In this document: positions 43,633-57,776 of the stretch, one piece after another
How the letters are laid out: each line of letters starts with the position of its first letter
How positions within the stretch are numbered: position 1 is the first letter of the stretch
Translations under genes and position numbers: made by a program
The notes under the pieces: model-generated
Told to the model about the DNA's origin: nothing
What the model saw: only the letters and a program-made list of their open reading frames with translations
Databases searched by the model: none
From: Paraspadella gotoi
Taxonomy: Eukaryota; Animalia; Chaetognatha
Length of the DNA stretch: 64,000 nt
Direction: 5' to 3'
Assembly: GCA_051294375.1 (NCBI GenBank)
Contig: CM119263.1
Coordinates: forward strand, 29,191,997 to 29,255,996

Positions 43633-44341
43633 GGGAGGAATCCGTGTGGGAGGAATCGCGTGTGGAGGAATCCCGTGTGGAGGAGAATCCTGCGGGGAGA
43701 TCGTGTGGAGAGAATCCTGTGTGGGAGGAATCGCGTGTGGGAGGAATCCTGTGTGGGAGGAATCCCGTGTGGCAGGAAATCCCGTGTGGGAGGAATCCCG
43801 CGTGGGAGAATCCCGTGTGGGAGGAATCCGTGTGGGAGTAATCCCGCGTGGGAGGAATCCCGTGTGGGAGGAATCCGCGTGGAGGAATCCCGTGTGGGAG
43901 GAATCCCGTGTGGGAGGAATCCCGCGTGGGAGGAATCCTGCGTGGGAGGAATCCGCGTGGGAGGAATCCCGTGGTGGAGGAATCCCGCTGTGGGAGGAAT
44001 CTCCGTGTGGGAGGAATCCCGCGTGGGAGGAATCCCGTTGGGAGGAATCCGGGGTGGGAGAATCCGCGGTGTGGCGGAATCCCGGTGGGAGGAATTCTTT
44101 GGGGAGGAATCCCGTGTGGGAGGAATGCCCGTGGTGGAAGGAATCTATGGGAGGAATTCCATGGGGAGGAATCCGTGTGGGAGGAATCCTGGGAGGATTC
44201 CGTGTGGGAGAATCCGCGCGGGGAGGGAATCCCGTGTGGGAGGAATCCCGTGTGGGAGGAATCCCATGGGGAGGAATCCAGCGTGGGAGGAATCCCGTGT
44301 GGGAGGAATCCAGTTGGGAGGAATCCCGTGTGGGTAGGAAT
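43633..44341 (-). repeat. 17-bp tandem array (G(T/C)GTGGGAGGAATCCC)n, right arm
   Basis: The unit is the reverse complement of the left-arm unit. Confidence 0.92.
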
Positions 44342-45615
44342 ACCACAGCCACCATGAAAAGTATATGAAACTGAAGAGAAAAAAAGGAAAATTTGAGGAA
44401 AAGAAGAAAAAACGACTTAAAGAAAAGTAAAAAAAAATTATTAAGTGAAATTTAAAGAAAAAAAATGATCGAAGGGGAAAATTTCAGGTAGGCTGAGATA
44501 GCAGTTTCGCTGCAGTCTGCAATTATTGCATTGCATTGTACAGTTTTGCTATATTGAACTGTTTTTGCAGTTGTGAACAAATGTGCAAGTTATTAACTAC
44601 TGTGCTCTAGTGTACACTATACAGTATCTGGTTAGCGTAACCGGAAATTTTGCGCTCTACTTTTTCTGAGAAAAGATGAGCAGTCTGTCACTCGAACAGG
44701 ATGTTCGTGTAATTCGATCCCAAACGCCTCCACCTTCGCCCCCACCTCTGCTTACACCGCCACCTCCGCCCTGGAGATGATTTTAACGTTTTCAGCGCCC
44801 CCTCCACTAATCCAGTCTATTCTCCACTAATCCAGTCTATTCCCGTCTTTGCTTCCATTCTTCGTATTCGTGACAAAATAAGAAATAAATGATCGCTTGT
44901 TGTAGTACATTAATACGTCTCTGAAATAATTACTATTGATTGAGTGATTGATCGATATATTTATCAATCCATTCATTTATTCGTTCATTCATTCTTTCTT
45001 TCATTCTTTCATTTTTCTCTCCATACATTCCATAATTATATCTTTTCATCCATTCTTTTCACTCATTTATTTACTTCATATCACATTCATTCCCCGACGT
45101 GACAGCTTTTTTCAATCACCATCCTTTCACAATTCCTGCCATTTGCACCTCACGCGCTCGTTCCACCGAATCGTCCCGTTTTCCGCCCACGCGTTTCCGG
45201 TCGGCGTCGCGAAAGAGCGCCGCCGCTCGGCGCTCCGTTCACGTCCTTCCTTTTCTTGATCACCACCTCCCTCACCCGGCTTTGACTCGCTTCCTGGTCC
45301 CAAGGTGAAATTCTTTTCACTTCTTCCGTGACACCTAGACCCGGCTCACGTGAGATATAAATGACTCTTTTCCTCAGAGACGTTTTCTTCTCTCTTCTTT
45401 TTTTAAAAAAAGGTGAGTTTGTCTTTTTTTCGAGTTCGTTGAACCTCACCTCGGGTAAGGCAACTCGTCGAGCGTAACACTGCGGCGAAGGGGGGGGGGT
45501 TGGGCAAGACGATTGAACGTCGGATTTGAGAGTTTATTTGTGTCAAATTCATAAAACAGTTCATGAACAAACTTATTAAAATAGTCAAATTATAATAGTC
45601 AAACTTAATAAAATA

Positions 45616-45670
45616 GATAATCCTGATGAAGACTCGAAAACAGAGCGTCGAAACATGTTGGTTTTTTATT
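45616..45670 (+). ncRNA. Penelope-type minimal hammerhead ribozyme motif (degenerate)
   Basis: CTGATGA (45623-45629), stem II GACTC...GAG(C)GTC, GAAA, palindromic ACATGT as stem III, and a weak stem I (TAATC/GGTT). AATAAA follows shortly after. Confidence 0.6.
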
Positions 45671-47779
45671 GTCAAATAAAAACTAATTATGAACGAAACG
45701 AAAAGAAAGCCAAAATACTCAGACTGAGTCTCAGTCTACAATTAGAATAATCATATTATATACCTATTCATAACATTCAATAATAATAATGTAAAACCAT
45801 TAATTAAAATCAAATAATCATCATTATAAATATTAATATTAATTAACGATTGTCGGTTTAATAGTTGAATTTAAGATTAAATGGATAAATTTAGAAAAAT
45901 AGTTTAACTTAAAAAATCAATTAGAATTAGGCAGTATTCACTACTCAGTTAGTTCTTCCTTGGTTTATAGAGTTGATATCGTTGATGATTTGTGTTATTA
46001 TTATATATATATACAAAATTGATTTGCATAGTGGCGCCTGCTATTAAGGTTCGAAACGACAAACGCGACGACCCCGGATCGTGTCCTCCGCATGGTTATC
46101 TAAATTTGTTTGGATAAAGAAAACCACAGACACGCCGCTACAATAAAAAAACAAACAACAAAAAGTCACTTTATTTTATTTTATCGTTTATTTTAAGAGG
46201 CTCCACTTTAATTGATCATGATATTATCGTGATATTATCCTTCCTTTAAAGAAATTAAACGCGTCTATTTAAAAAAAAGAAACTTTAATCTTTGATTGTC
46301 ACAAATCACCCCATCTTTTGCTTTCAATCGATTGTTTGCTTTCAAATTCTTTTTTTCTTTTTTTCAAGAAAATTTAAATTAAAAAAAAAAATTATGGTTC
46401 AACAAGACAAATATTCTCAGGACCGAAGAATTTAGCATTAATCTACATCTACTGACAAGGATGTTTTTGTTTGTTTTTCTATTGTAAAATATTTATTATT
46501 GTTTAGTAAAGTATTGAATAGTATATTTTATTGTATCTTTTTTGTTTCTGTTTTCCCTGACGAAAAACTGATATTTTTTTTTTCTTTCTTTTTCTTTTTC
46601 TCGCATCATGAAAACGATTTTGGCCGAAAAGAGCAGACGCCGATTCAGCCACCATGAGTTTCCCATCGGGGAACTCACCCTGTCCTTCCTTACCCCAACC
46701 CAAAACGTCAAACGATTCTTTATTATTAAATCTCTCCACCCACGCAGAGAAGCTGGAGTTCTTTCTCTGGCGAAGGCCCAACCTTTTTTTTGGCCAATCT
46801 GCTCGACAGAGCGCGTCGCGCAAGATTTTTTGGCTCACGGTTCGACGCTCCTTTTCTCTCTCCCGGTCATCACCGTCCGACGAAATTCTTTATCACTCTC
46901 ATAATCACCTTATTAATCATTCATAATCAATAATCACCTCATTAAACACCTCATAATTATTAATCACCTCATAATCACCCTCAAAAAATGTGGGACTGGC
47001 CCTCCCACTTGTCGAATCGCGAATCACACAAAATAAATCTTTATCGTTTCTCATTCTACATTAACACGTTTTATATTTTTTTGTTTTATTCATTATATAC
47101 CCATTTGATCCCCAATCCCCTACCCTTTTGGATCCCCAATCCCCCTACCCCTTTTGATATCCAATCTCCCTACTCCTTTTCATCCCAATCCCCCACCCCT
47201 TTGTTACCCAACCTCCCTACCCCTTTGAATCCCCAATTCCCCATCCCTTTGATCCCATCCCCCACCCCCTTTGATCTCCCAATCTCCTACCACCTTTGTT
47301 AACCAATCCCCCACCCCTTTGACCCAATCTCCCTACCCCTTTGTTACTCAATCCCCACCCCATTGATCCCCAATCCCTACTGCTTCCTATCATTTCCTTC
47401 CCCATTTCCGCCCCGCATCCTCGAGCCGGGAATTGATTGCTTCCTTTTTTTCTTTCCATCCAGCGTCGAGTGACCGTCACTCCCACTTCCGGTGAACGCT
47501 GCTCCGTGCGGCGCGGCGGCGTCTGCGGCGAAGGAGAGAGAGCGCCGCTGCCGCGTCTCCTGCTGCGCCCGACCCGATGACGCAAATAGACGCCGCGCGA
47601 CGCCGTAAGACGCGGCAGGAGAATTCTAGAAGGAAAAAAAAAAGAAGGCGATGTATATGAACTGCGGAAATTAGGAAATAATAAAAAAGAATGAAAAGAA
47701 AAATTAAAATATGAAAAGAAAAAAAATACAACCGAAAGAAATTAAAGTTGAACATCGAAAAGAAAAACTTAAAGTTGAG

Positions 47780-47870
47780 AAAGAAAAGAAAAGAAAAGAA
47801 AAGAAAAGAAAAGAAAAGAAAAGAAAAGAAAAGAAAAGAAAAGAAAAGAAAAGAAAAGAAAAGAAAAGAA
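47780..47870. repeat. (AAAAG)n microsatellite
   Basis: Read directly. Confidence 0.9.
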
Positions 47871-48135
47871 ATATTGGGGAAAAAAATAAAGGCAGATAAG
47901 AAAAGGAAACTATTGGAAGAGTTATAAGGTCAAAGATGAATTTAAGAGTGAAATTGTAAAAAGTCGGGATGACATTTACGTACTATGATTAAAAGATGAA
48001 AACCTTTCAAGTTATTAAAGTGATTCATAGAATTGAGAATTGAGAATACTCGGATTACACCGACAGTCACCGGAGTCGTGGGTGATAGCGCCTGTGAGAA
48101 AAGGGTGAAAGGCGAGATAATGATTATGATAAAGC

Positions 48136-48251
<116 letters not shown>

Positions 48252-48459
48252 AAAAAAGAGAGAAAGAGCGAAGGTCGTGATCGAATCCCGATTGTCGGAT
48301 GATGGGGATCAAATGGATGCGACGACGACGGCGACGACAACGACGACGACGACGACGACGATAAAATCCTTGAAATCCTCGTCTCGTCATTTGTGACGAG
48401 AAAATCCACGATCAGCTTCGAGTCAGTGACTTTAAGGGGATCAGTCACGGACATCGAAA

Positions 48460-48780
48460 AGTCCTGATTGGCCTCAATGGACTCTGTGGAATAAATGATG
48501 GACAAAGGAAAGTTCTGATGGCCTCAATGGCCTTAGTGGCCTCCATGGAATCATTTATAAACAAATGAATATCCTGATTGGCCTCAATGGCCTTAGTGGC
48601 CTCCATGGAATCATTTATAAACAAATGAATATCCTGATTGGCCTCAATGGCCTTTGTGAAATGAAAGAGAAAGGAAAGTCCTGATTAGCCCCAATGTCCT
48701 GATTGGCCTCCATTGAATCATTTATGAACAAACGAATATATTCTGATTGGCCTTCTTGGCCTTCATTGGACTTCATGGTA
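48460..48780. repeat. 60-bp tandem duplication plus degenerate copies of CCTGATTGGCCTCAATGG
   Basis: The repeat period is 60 nt across ~48520-48650. The ATTGG (CCAAT box) core is repeated several times. Confidence 0.8.
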
Positions 48781-49332
48781 TCACGGAAAGTACCAATCGG
48801 TCCACAAGGCATCTTATTTGAATTAGGCAAAGATAGGCCTCTATGAATTTGATAGTAACAATTATGAATACAGTTGTTACTGTTTGACGTCAATATCATT
48901 TATATTATAATGATCTAAAAAAAAGTCCTGATTGGTTTCATCGGGATCCGACATAAATTAATTTACAACAAAACAACTTTGCTAAACGCCGCCGTTCACA
49001 CCAGCTTCACATTTCACTGACGCAACGCGAGTCGCCAATCTTCACAATTGCGACTCAATTGCGTCTCTCCTTTGGGTCGAAGACAAAAAGATGGGCGTGG
49101 CGAAGGGGGGAGGGGACTAAGGGGGAGTGGAAGGGGGGGACAATCTCCGTTCCGGTTTTTCCTTCATATGGCGACTCTCGTCTCCTTCTTCTCCTTCCTT
49201 TTATTTTCTTCGTTCTTCTTCTTCTTCTTCTTCTTCTTCTTCTTCTACTTCTTCTTCTTCCTCCTATTTTTTTTATGTTTCCTTTTCGTTGTTGCTCAAG
49301 AAGCGTTGATCTTCTTCTTCGGCGGAATCTGT

Positions 49333-49375
<43 letters not shown>

Positions 49376-49457
49376 CTTCTTCTCTTCTTTCCTTCTTTCC
49401 TCCCCTCACACGAGTCGCCTGCCTCTGGTTTTGGCTTCCATATGGTTTGGTTCTCCC

Positions 49458-49506
49458 GTCGAGATCACGTGATCTCAACGTTTTGGTCACGTGATGCCCG
49501 CGCGTG
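49458..49506. promoter_or_regulatory. Paired TCACGTGA E-boxes (USF/MITF-TFEB type)
   Basis: Perfect palindrome GAGATCACGTGATCTC at 49461-49476 and GTCACGTGAT at 49486-49495. Confidence 0.45.
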
Positions 49507-49664
49507 AAGGTCGCGCCAGACGAGTTTCATTCACAAAGAATTTGATTGTTTTTTATATATAAAAGTCGTTGTTTGCTGAATGTTCACGGGGAATGTTTGC
49601 ATGGAATTTTAGATATTTTTTCTTGGTTTTTTACTCTATTTCGTGAAGTCTATGAGGTGAAGTG

Positions 49665-49720
<56 letters not shown>

Positions 49721-50291
49721 AGAGCAGCAGAACTAGAAATAGCAAAAGAAATTTCAAGCGAATTGAAGGCAGAGGGAAATGATAAGAATTCAAGGAAAAG
49801 AAAAAGAGATAAAGATAAGAATCGAAATTGATTAGAGAGAAAGAGAAGAAAAAAGAAAGAAAAAAGAAAGAAAAAAGAAAGAAAAAAGAAAGAAAAAAGA
49901 AAGAAAAAAGAAAGAAAAAAGAAAGAAAAAATAAAGAAAAAAGAAAGGTATCCTTTGAATATAAAGCGCGGCACTAATGGTTTAGTTTTGGCAGAATATG
50001 GAAAAAATATTTAGATATTTAAGTTAAAAGTGAAAAAAATAAGAAAAGGTTAAAAGGAAGGAAACTGAGTTGAACTTTCAGGTAAAATTCTTCGTTTCAT
50101 TAGAAGCATGAAACAGTGAGGTAAATATTGTTATATATGATTTAAAAGTATAAAATATACAGAAGTATGCATGTAAGCAATGGTTCAGTATCCGGTTTTA
50201 ACCTCTGTCTCATGATTTTTTTTTCTTCTTCCAATATTTTGGTCGATTTCTTTCTCCCTTCCCAATATTCTTTCACATCGACGAACATAAC

Positions 50292-50358
<67 letters not shown>

Positions 50359-50723
50359 TTATTTTTTGGATGAAAAAAAAGAAGTGACACCTCTTTCGCT
50401 CTCTCTATCTTTCTCTCTCGTTTTCCACTCCTTTTTCCGTGATACCAAATCAATTTCCTTTTATATATTTATATATATATTTTTATATATATATTTCCAA
50501 TACTTTTTAATATTATTAACAATTTTTCTGACATCTCCTCCAAAATTGTATTAATTATTGTTATTGTCTTATTCTTAACTTCTTTTGTTCTCCTATTCTC
50601 CCAGTTTTTTCCTGTCGTTCTCCCTCTGTTCTTCCGATCATTTTTCTCCTCATTCTTTCTTCTCGCTCTTTGCACCTTTTTCGCTTCTCCTTGTTCTTTT
50701 TGCCAAAAGTTTTTCTGAGACAA

Positions 50724-50754
<31 letters not shown>

Positions 50755-50942
50755 NNNNNNNNNNNNNNNNNNNNNNNNNNNNNNNNNNNNNNNNNNNNNN
50801 NNNNNNNNNNNNNNNNNNNNNNNNNNNNNNNNNNNNNNNNNNNNNNNNNNNNNNNNNNNNNNNNNNNNNNNNNNNNNNNNNNNNNNNNNNNNNNNNNNNN
50901 NNNNNNNNNNNNNNNNNNNNNNNNNNNNNNNNNNNNNNNNNN
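50755..50942. other. Assembly gap within a (GA)n tract
   Basis: Run of N. Confidence 1.
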
Positions 50943-50974
<32 letters not shown>

Positions 50975-51496
50975 TTCCCGAACCTTTAATTACCAGGTTG
51001 GTTTCAGGGCGATTCTTCTGTTAACAACAACTGTTCACCGGTGAATCGAAATTAAGTTGGTTTTTTGTTATAAAATACTTGATTTAAAAAATTCATTAAC
51101 TTTGCTTGGGACTGCGTTAGCTTTTTAGATTACCGAATTAATAACTGTTAAAACGGAAGCACACTTTTGACAAATTTGAATCCAACCGAGTTGTAAGCAC
51201 CAAGCAATTAAAAGCTCAACTCGTATTCTCTCATTTAAAACATTTTTATAAACAGTTTACCATGCACGTATCATCTATTTACTCAATACGTTTTTTGTTA
51301 CATTTTGTACATTCGTACAAATAGTACAAATCCAAAATCGTGGGTCTGCACTCTGCATTATCGTTTATCACTATTTCCAATCCAGTTCCCTTACATTTCG
51401 CATTCTTCAATCTGCCTTCTACATTCCGCATTCTAAATTCCGCATTCCACATTCCACAATCTTCACTAGAGATGTGTTCCCTTCACCACCAGCTCT

Positions 51497-51564
51497 TTCC
51501 TTCAGTTTGTTGGCCTCTTCCCTCAGTTTGTTGGCCTCTTCCCTCAGTTTGTTGGCCTCTTCCC
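51497..51564. repeat. 21-bp tandem repeat x3 (TTCCCTCAGTTTGTTGGCCTC)
   Basis: Read directly. Confidence 0.85.
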
Positions 51565-51785
51565 TTTCACATTTTTGCCCAAATTCGAGCGAAGAATCTT
51601 CAGCAGAAATGGAATCAAATGGAATCCAAGTTCCACGTTTCTTTGTTATGATTCACTGGGATGGAACTTCCCTGGAAATCTCAAATGTCTGCCGGGCTGT
51701 TCGTAGGCCGTAGCTCTTCTCTCTCATCTGTCGCTCTCTCTCTCATCTCTCTCTCTCTCTCTTCTCTCATCTCTTCTCTCTCTCT

Positions 51786-51825
<40 letters not shown>

Positions 51826-52539
51826 TCCGTCTTTGCCTCCAAGTTCGCAACGCAGGAATTCTGCAAACTGTCTTTTTTTTTCAATAAACAGAAGAGATCG
51901 TGATTGGACGGAAAAACTTTAAAGATTTCACGTCGATTTGAGATGAGTCAATATTTGGCGGGAATTTTATTTTAGTATCAATCTTTGGGAATTAAGATTC
52001 TCTTTTGATTTATTGTATTTAAGTCCGTTTGCAATTTAATTAGACTGAGTTGAATTATTGTAATCTTTTGCCTCAACTGTTTAACTACCTCGTTTCTAAA
52101 GTCAAGCTTAATCGATGAAAAATATATGAAAAAGGTACAACCAATATAAAAACTATCCATTCATTTAATAAATAAGCTATCTTGCCCCCAACTTATGTTA
52201 TTCCTAAATATCTAAAAATACTACAATCATCTATAAAAAAAATCACCATTTGAACTCAGAAACGAAAAGAAATGTTAAAAAAAAAACGAAAAATAATTTA
52301 AACATAGAAAGAAAGATCAAAAAGAAAAAAGAATATAAAAGTAAACAAAAATGAAAAGTAAACAGAACAAAAGTTGATAGAATTTGTTGACCGAACAAGT
52401 TGACAGGTCGTAAAGGCGCAAGGCAAATGAACTTTATATAACTATATAATTATTTACTATATAACTATATATAACTTACATTGTAAGAACGAAAAATTTG
52501 ATATAGAATTTGATTAAAATAAAGTAAAGAGGGAGTGGC

Positions 52540-52572
<33 letters not shown>

Positions 52573-53597
52573 GAGAAAGAGTGGAGACAGAGATACGGAA
52601 AAATGAGAAACAGAGTAAGAGAGGAACAGAGAAAGAGTGAGAGAAAGAGGAACAGAGAAAGAGTGAGAGAAACAGGAAAAACGCAGACAGAGAAAGAGAC
52701 AAAGAAACAAAGAGACAAACGTTGAATACAAATTTCATCCCGTTTTCAACCCTTGATCGACCTTCCGAAAACTTTCCCCTTCTTTTTTTTTTTAAATGTT
52801 AAGAGTTTAATCAAATTTTCGAACTAATTATCTCCAAAATTCTTAATAAGGACGAAAGTAACAAAGGAAAAAAGGTGAAGCAGGAAAATAAACCGTCACT
52901 GCCGATCATCATCTCCGGACGAATCCGGCATCGACCGGACGGGAAGGGAAAAAAGACGGTGGTTAATTTTAATGTGTTGCGCCGCATTTAGTTTTTTGTT
53001 ACGAAATTACGTTTATATAATTATAATAAACGGATATATATAATAAATTATTTATCTGCAAAGTTTTAACCCCATTAAATTTTAGATTATATAAATAATA
53101 TTACATTCACTTTTTGGTTTTATATATATAATTATTTTGTTAATTATAATACTATGCAGTACACAGATATACACATATTTGTTAAAAAACTTTTGTAGTA
53201 TATAATCATTCTACAGCGTATTCATCAATCAAATTTTTTTTCATCTTAGTTAAAAATATTTAAAATAAAAATTGGAGCAAAATGTGTCTTCTAGACTTGT
53301 TCCGAGACTTCTCTCGGCTAAAACAAAAGTTTATAAACTCTATAGAATTAATTCAATTTGGGAAATTCAAAAGGTGAGACGTTTAATTGCCCTTTTTTTT
53401 TCTCGGTCGCGACCGCTAGAGGGATCGATACTCGTTAATCATATTCGATTTCCGCGATAGAAAAAGTGACGCGGTATTGGAGTATTTAAAAAAAAATAAG
53501 TTATTTAAGTTTGAAAGATGTAAGTTCAAGGTCGCGAGAAAGAGCGCCTTCTCTCTACCAAAGCAATTTTAATGTCGAGTTTCAAATGATTTTATAA

Positions 53598-54029
53598 GTA
53601 TGAAATCGGTACAACTGATAGAGAATTATCCCTTCATTATTTGATAAGTTAAAAATTTTGTCTCTGACTTTGGACAGGCTGTCTTGATTCTGATTGATTG
53701 ATTGATTCTGTCATAGTTTGTTACTGCGAAATATGAGAAGGAAAAAACTCAATCATCGTTGGTTTTATTAAAGTGAATAGACTTTTGAGCTCAAAGATAC
53801 TAAGGACTACACAATAAAATAGGCCAAACGCGAAACTCAGTTCATTGAAATATCTTCCTTTCAGAAAAAAAGAAAAGAAAACAAAAAAACAACAATTTAG
53901 ACAAAAGAACAACAGTCGAGATAAAAGAACAACAGTGGACTGAAACTAAACTCGAATCGATGACAAATAATTGTTTACAGATTTTGATCTTAGATCGACA
54001 GACGGAAGATGCAAAACTCTCGCCTTTTT

Positions 54030-54098
<69 letters not shown>

Positions 54099-54221
54099 GC
54101 AACAACGAAATATAGCAATTGCCGTCTCCTTGCCATCTCCTTCCGCCGTCTCATCGACCTCGCGTCGTCTTCTTCGTGTCCAGGCGACAACTGCATGCTT
54201 TACTATCTGTCCATTTGATCA

Positions 54222-54257
<36 letters not shown>

Positions 54258-54850
54258 TCGTCGGCACGCGACTGCAACTTCGCAACTGCGCACCAGACTG
54301 AGAAAAGAAATCTCCCTCATGTTAAGTTTCGATGCCAGGGATGAATAAAACTATATTAACTAAGCACTGTGGGTGTTAATAAACTAAACTGTGAGAGCGT
54401 CTTGATTTAAAGTTTGCAGGGTCTTGCCTTACTTAACCCACCGTAGCCTGTCCAAAGTCTGGGGATATTTATTAATTAAATGGATGACTAATTATATATT
54501 GGTTGTATATACAATTATACATTTGAGTTTTCTATTTCACTTTTATCGATTTGTCAAATAGATATAGTACTGCCAAAGTGTTCCATAAATCTATTTTCAT
54601 TTGATACAGTAAAGGACACTCGGCGCTGCATACTACTGCGTACTACCGCATTTTACTGCTTTAAACGATGATTGCAATACTATAGAAAATCGGACAGTTC
54701 GTCTTGATTGCAAGCTTTTAGGGTTCAGCAATATTATTATTTACTAAAAGGGACGGAAGCCTCAATTAACCTTTGTCAAAGCACGTAGAAAGATAACCTA
54801 ATTAATGAATGAATGGATAATTATTGTATTGGTTGTACCAATTTTATAAC
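53598..54850. mobile_element. Cluster of MITE-like family fragments in inverted orientation
   Basis: 53598-53690 is the reverse-orientation end. 54335-54510 and 54690-54850 are forward copies of the 32745-32950 element. Confidence 0.65.
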
Positions 54851-55982
54851 TTGACATGACATGACGTGACATAACTCGATATAACATTAAAATTCATATA
54901 ATATTCCCCCCGATCTTCTTCGTCCGTTCATGTTCGATCGTCCTTCAATCCTTCTTCGTTTTGCTTCATCCTTAAATCGCACCTTCGCTTTCCGCTGAAT
55001 CCGGACATCCTTGTAAGGACATCCTCTTGCGGACATCCTCGTACGGACAGCCTCGAACGGACTTCTTCGTTCTCGCGAATTTTGTATTATACATATAAAC
55101 TTGTTCGACTGTGTTCGATAGATACCAACGAAAATATATTTAAGAAGAATTTTCTCACATTTAGTATCAGAAGAAATATTTCCTTGTATTAAACTGGGAT
55201 AAATCACAAGGGATAATTTCTAAAAACAGTAATGATGATGATAATGTAAAATACATTAAGGTTATTATAAAAGGAAATATCATTAGGAAATATCGAAATA
55301 AAAAGGAACATATCTCGACTTCATATTTTGCTTTTCTCATAGTAAACAAAAAACAAATGACCATCTCTGCCCCAGCGCCAAATTTAAAATCGACCACGAA
55401 AACAAAAGGTAAACAAACTCTCCTTATTTTCGATTTTTCAAAGGTTTATTACGACAATTATCTTCCGAATTGTTAATTATCGAAAATAATACAAAAGAAT
55501 GTTGAAAAAAAAAAATCGAAAATTGGATTTAAAAATTAAATATTGAAACGGATCGACATACGGACGCAAAACAACGCTTGATTCTAATTCAAATTAATAA
55601 ATAATAAGATAGAAAACAACAAAACAATGGATTTGTTTTTTTGATTTTTTTTTTTTTTTGCTAGCGTATATTAGATAGATAAATTTACGAGTCTTTGTCT
55701 CGCAGATTTAATTTTTTGTTGAAATTTTTGTCTCATAATATCGTTAAAATGAATTAGGGGTGCGATATAAATTTAAATTTAAAGATATACCCTCGCGTTT
55801 AATGTCGACCAGGTGATAATTTATTACGCAAGGAAGGAATTGAACCTTGGAAGGTGGAACACAGGGCGAGGGGGGCATCGGGGCAACTGGTACACGGCCT
55901 ACGGGGTAATGGATTTGAAAAGAGGCTTTGCTTTATCAGCTCAAGGGGGGGAAATAATAATGAGAATCTTTTAATATACTAA

Positions 55983-56060
<78 letters not shown>

Positions 56061-56682
56061 GGAGAGGCATTCCTTTTCAAACTGACAAGGAAGCGAAAGG
56101 CAAAAAAAAAAAAGGATTTAAATTATAAAAAAAAAAGAGGATGTGAAAATCTGATATGAAAAGAATCGATAAAAAGTTTAAATTTAAAAAAAAAAATATA
56201 ATTAAAAAAAAACTCGGTCACGATATCCTAGTAATTGAAGCGATAATAATAAATTTTTTAAAAAATCACTGAAAACAAAAATAGCAACGCGAATTCGAAA
56301 TATCGGATTTCGATATATGAGCAAGATTTTTTTTAAAAAATATTATTAACGCAATATACTTCATTATTGGATCATGGTTAGTGGGAAAAGGTAAGATATT
56401 GGCAACAAATATCGTAATTAAATACGATGAAAAACTTTACGTAACCTCGATATTTTTTTTTAAAATGTAATCTTAAACTGTCCACTCAAGTTGACTGGTA
56501 GATTGCTGATAAAGTTACTTTTCGTATTTTGACGGCAAAAAGTAGAACCTTGACTCTTTTTTGTCTATTTTTTTGAAAGGATAACAATTAGTTTTGTAAA
56601 CAGAGAGCAGGAAAAGTTAAAGTAGGAAAAAAAGTTTATCCGCGGGTTTGAACCCGGATCCATCGGGGCGAGGTAAAATATT

Positions 56683-56765
<83 letters not shown>

Positions 56766-57342
56766 AGAGAAAAAAGAAAGAAAGACCGAAAGAAAAGAAA
56801 GCAATTAAGAAAAAACCATAAAAATAACACGAATTAGTTGGAAGTTTTGACACGAAGAAAAACTACGAATATAATTGGTTTCTTAACCAACGTTGATTGG
56901 CGATTGATTGCTCTCGCACGCCTCTGATTACCGACATTTCATATCTTGGTATTGCTTACGAGATAAATAATGGAGCTGAACTTGTGTAAAATGACTAAAA
57001 ATTTAGAAAACAAAAAAAGACAAAAAGAACAACGAGTCGCGATATATAACCACGTAATCAATTCAGTTTTGTTGATTGGAAACCTTTCACGAATATCGGG
57101 GCCTGTCCGTGATTGCCTGCTTGCAAGTCACTGCTTGTATTCCTGTCTTCGAATTTGAGAATCGAACCCGATGTCGAATCGACGACGTCTCTGTCTCTGT
57201 TTCTCTCTCTCTCTCTCTCTCCCTCTCTCTCTCTCTTCTCTCTCCTCTCTCTCTCCTACTTTTTTAAATTTTAGATTCAAATCCGGAAAAAAATATTTCG
57301 CCGTCGGAATCTTAGGGTTTCGATGTTGTTTTCTTGTTGTTG

Positions 57343-57408
<66 letters not shown>

Positions 57409-57518
57409 CTTTCTTTCCTTCATTTATTTAGAAATGTCTATTTTTCATTGTTTCCTTCACATTTTTAATCTTTTTTTCTGTCTTTTTTTTCTTTCTTTCT
57501 TTCTTTCTTTCTTTCTTT

Positions 57519-57776
57519 NNNNNNNNNNNNNNNNNNNNNNNNNNNNNNNNNNNNNNNNNNNNNNNNNNNNNNNNNNNNNNNNNNNNNNNNNNNNNNNNNN
57601 NNNNNNNNNNNNNNNNNNNNNNNNNNNNNNNNNNNNNNNNNNNNNNNNNNNNNNNNNNNNNNNNNNNNNNNNNNNNNNNNNNNNNNNNNNNNNNNNNNNN
57701 NNNNNNNNNNNNNNNNNNNNNNNNNNNNNNNNNNNNNNNNNNNNNNNNNNNNNNNNNNNNNNNNNNNNNNNNNNNN
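57519..57776. other. Assembly gap
   Basis: Run of N. Confidence 1.

Noticed and set aside
42263-44368. Long ORFs in nearly all frames (WEESRVGGIPCGRNP repeats)
   Set aside because: The 17-bp unit has no stop codon on either strand, so open frames are expected.
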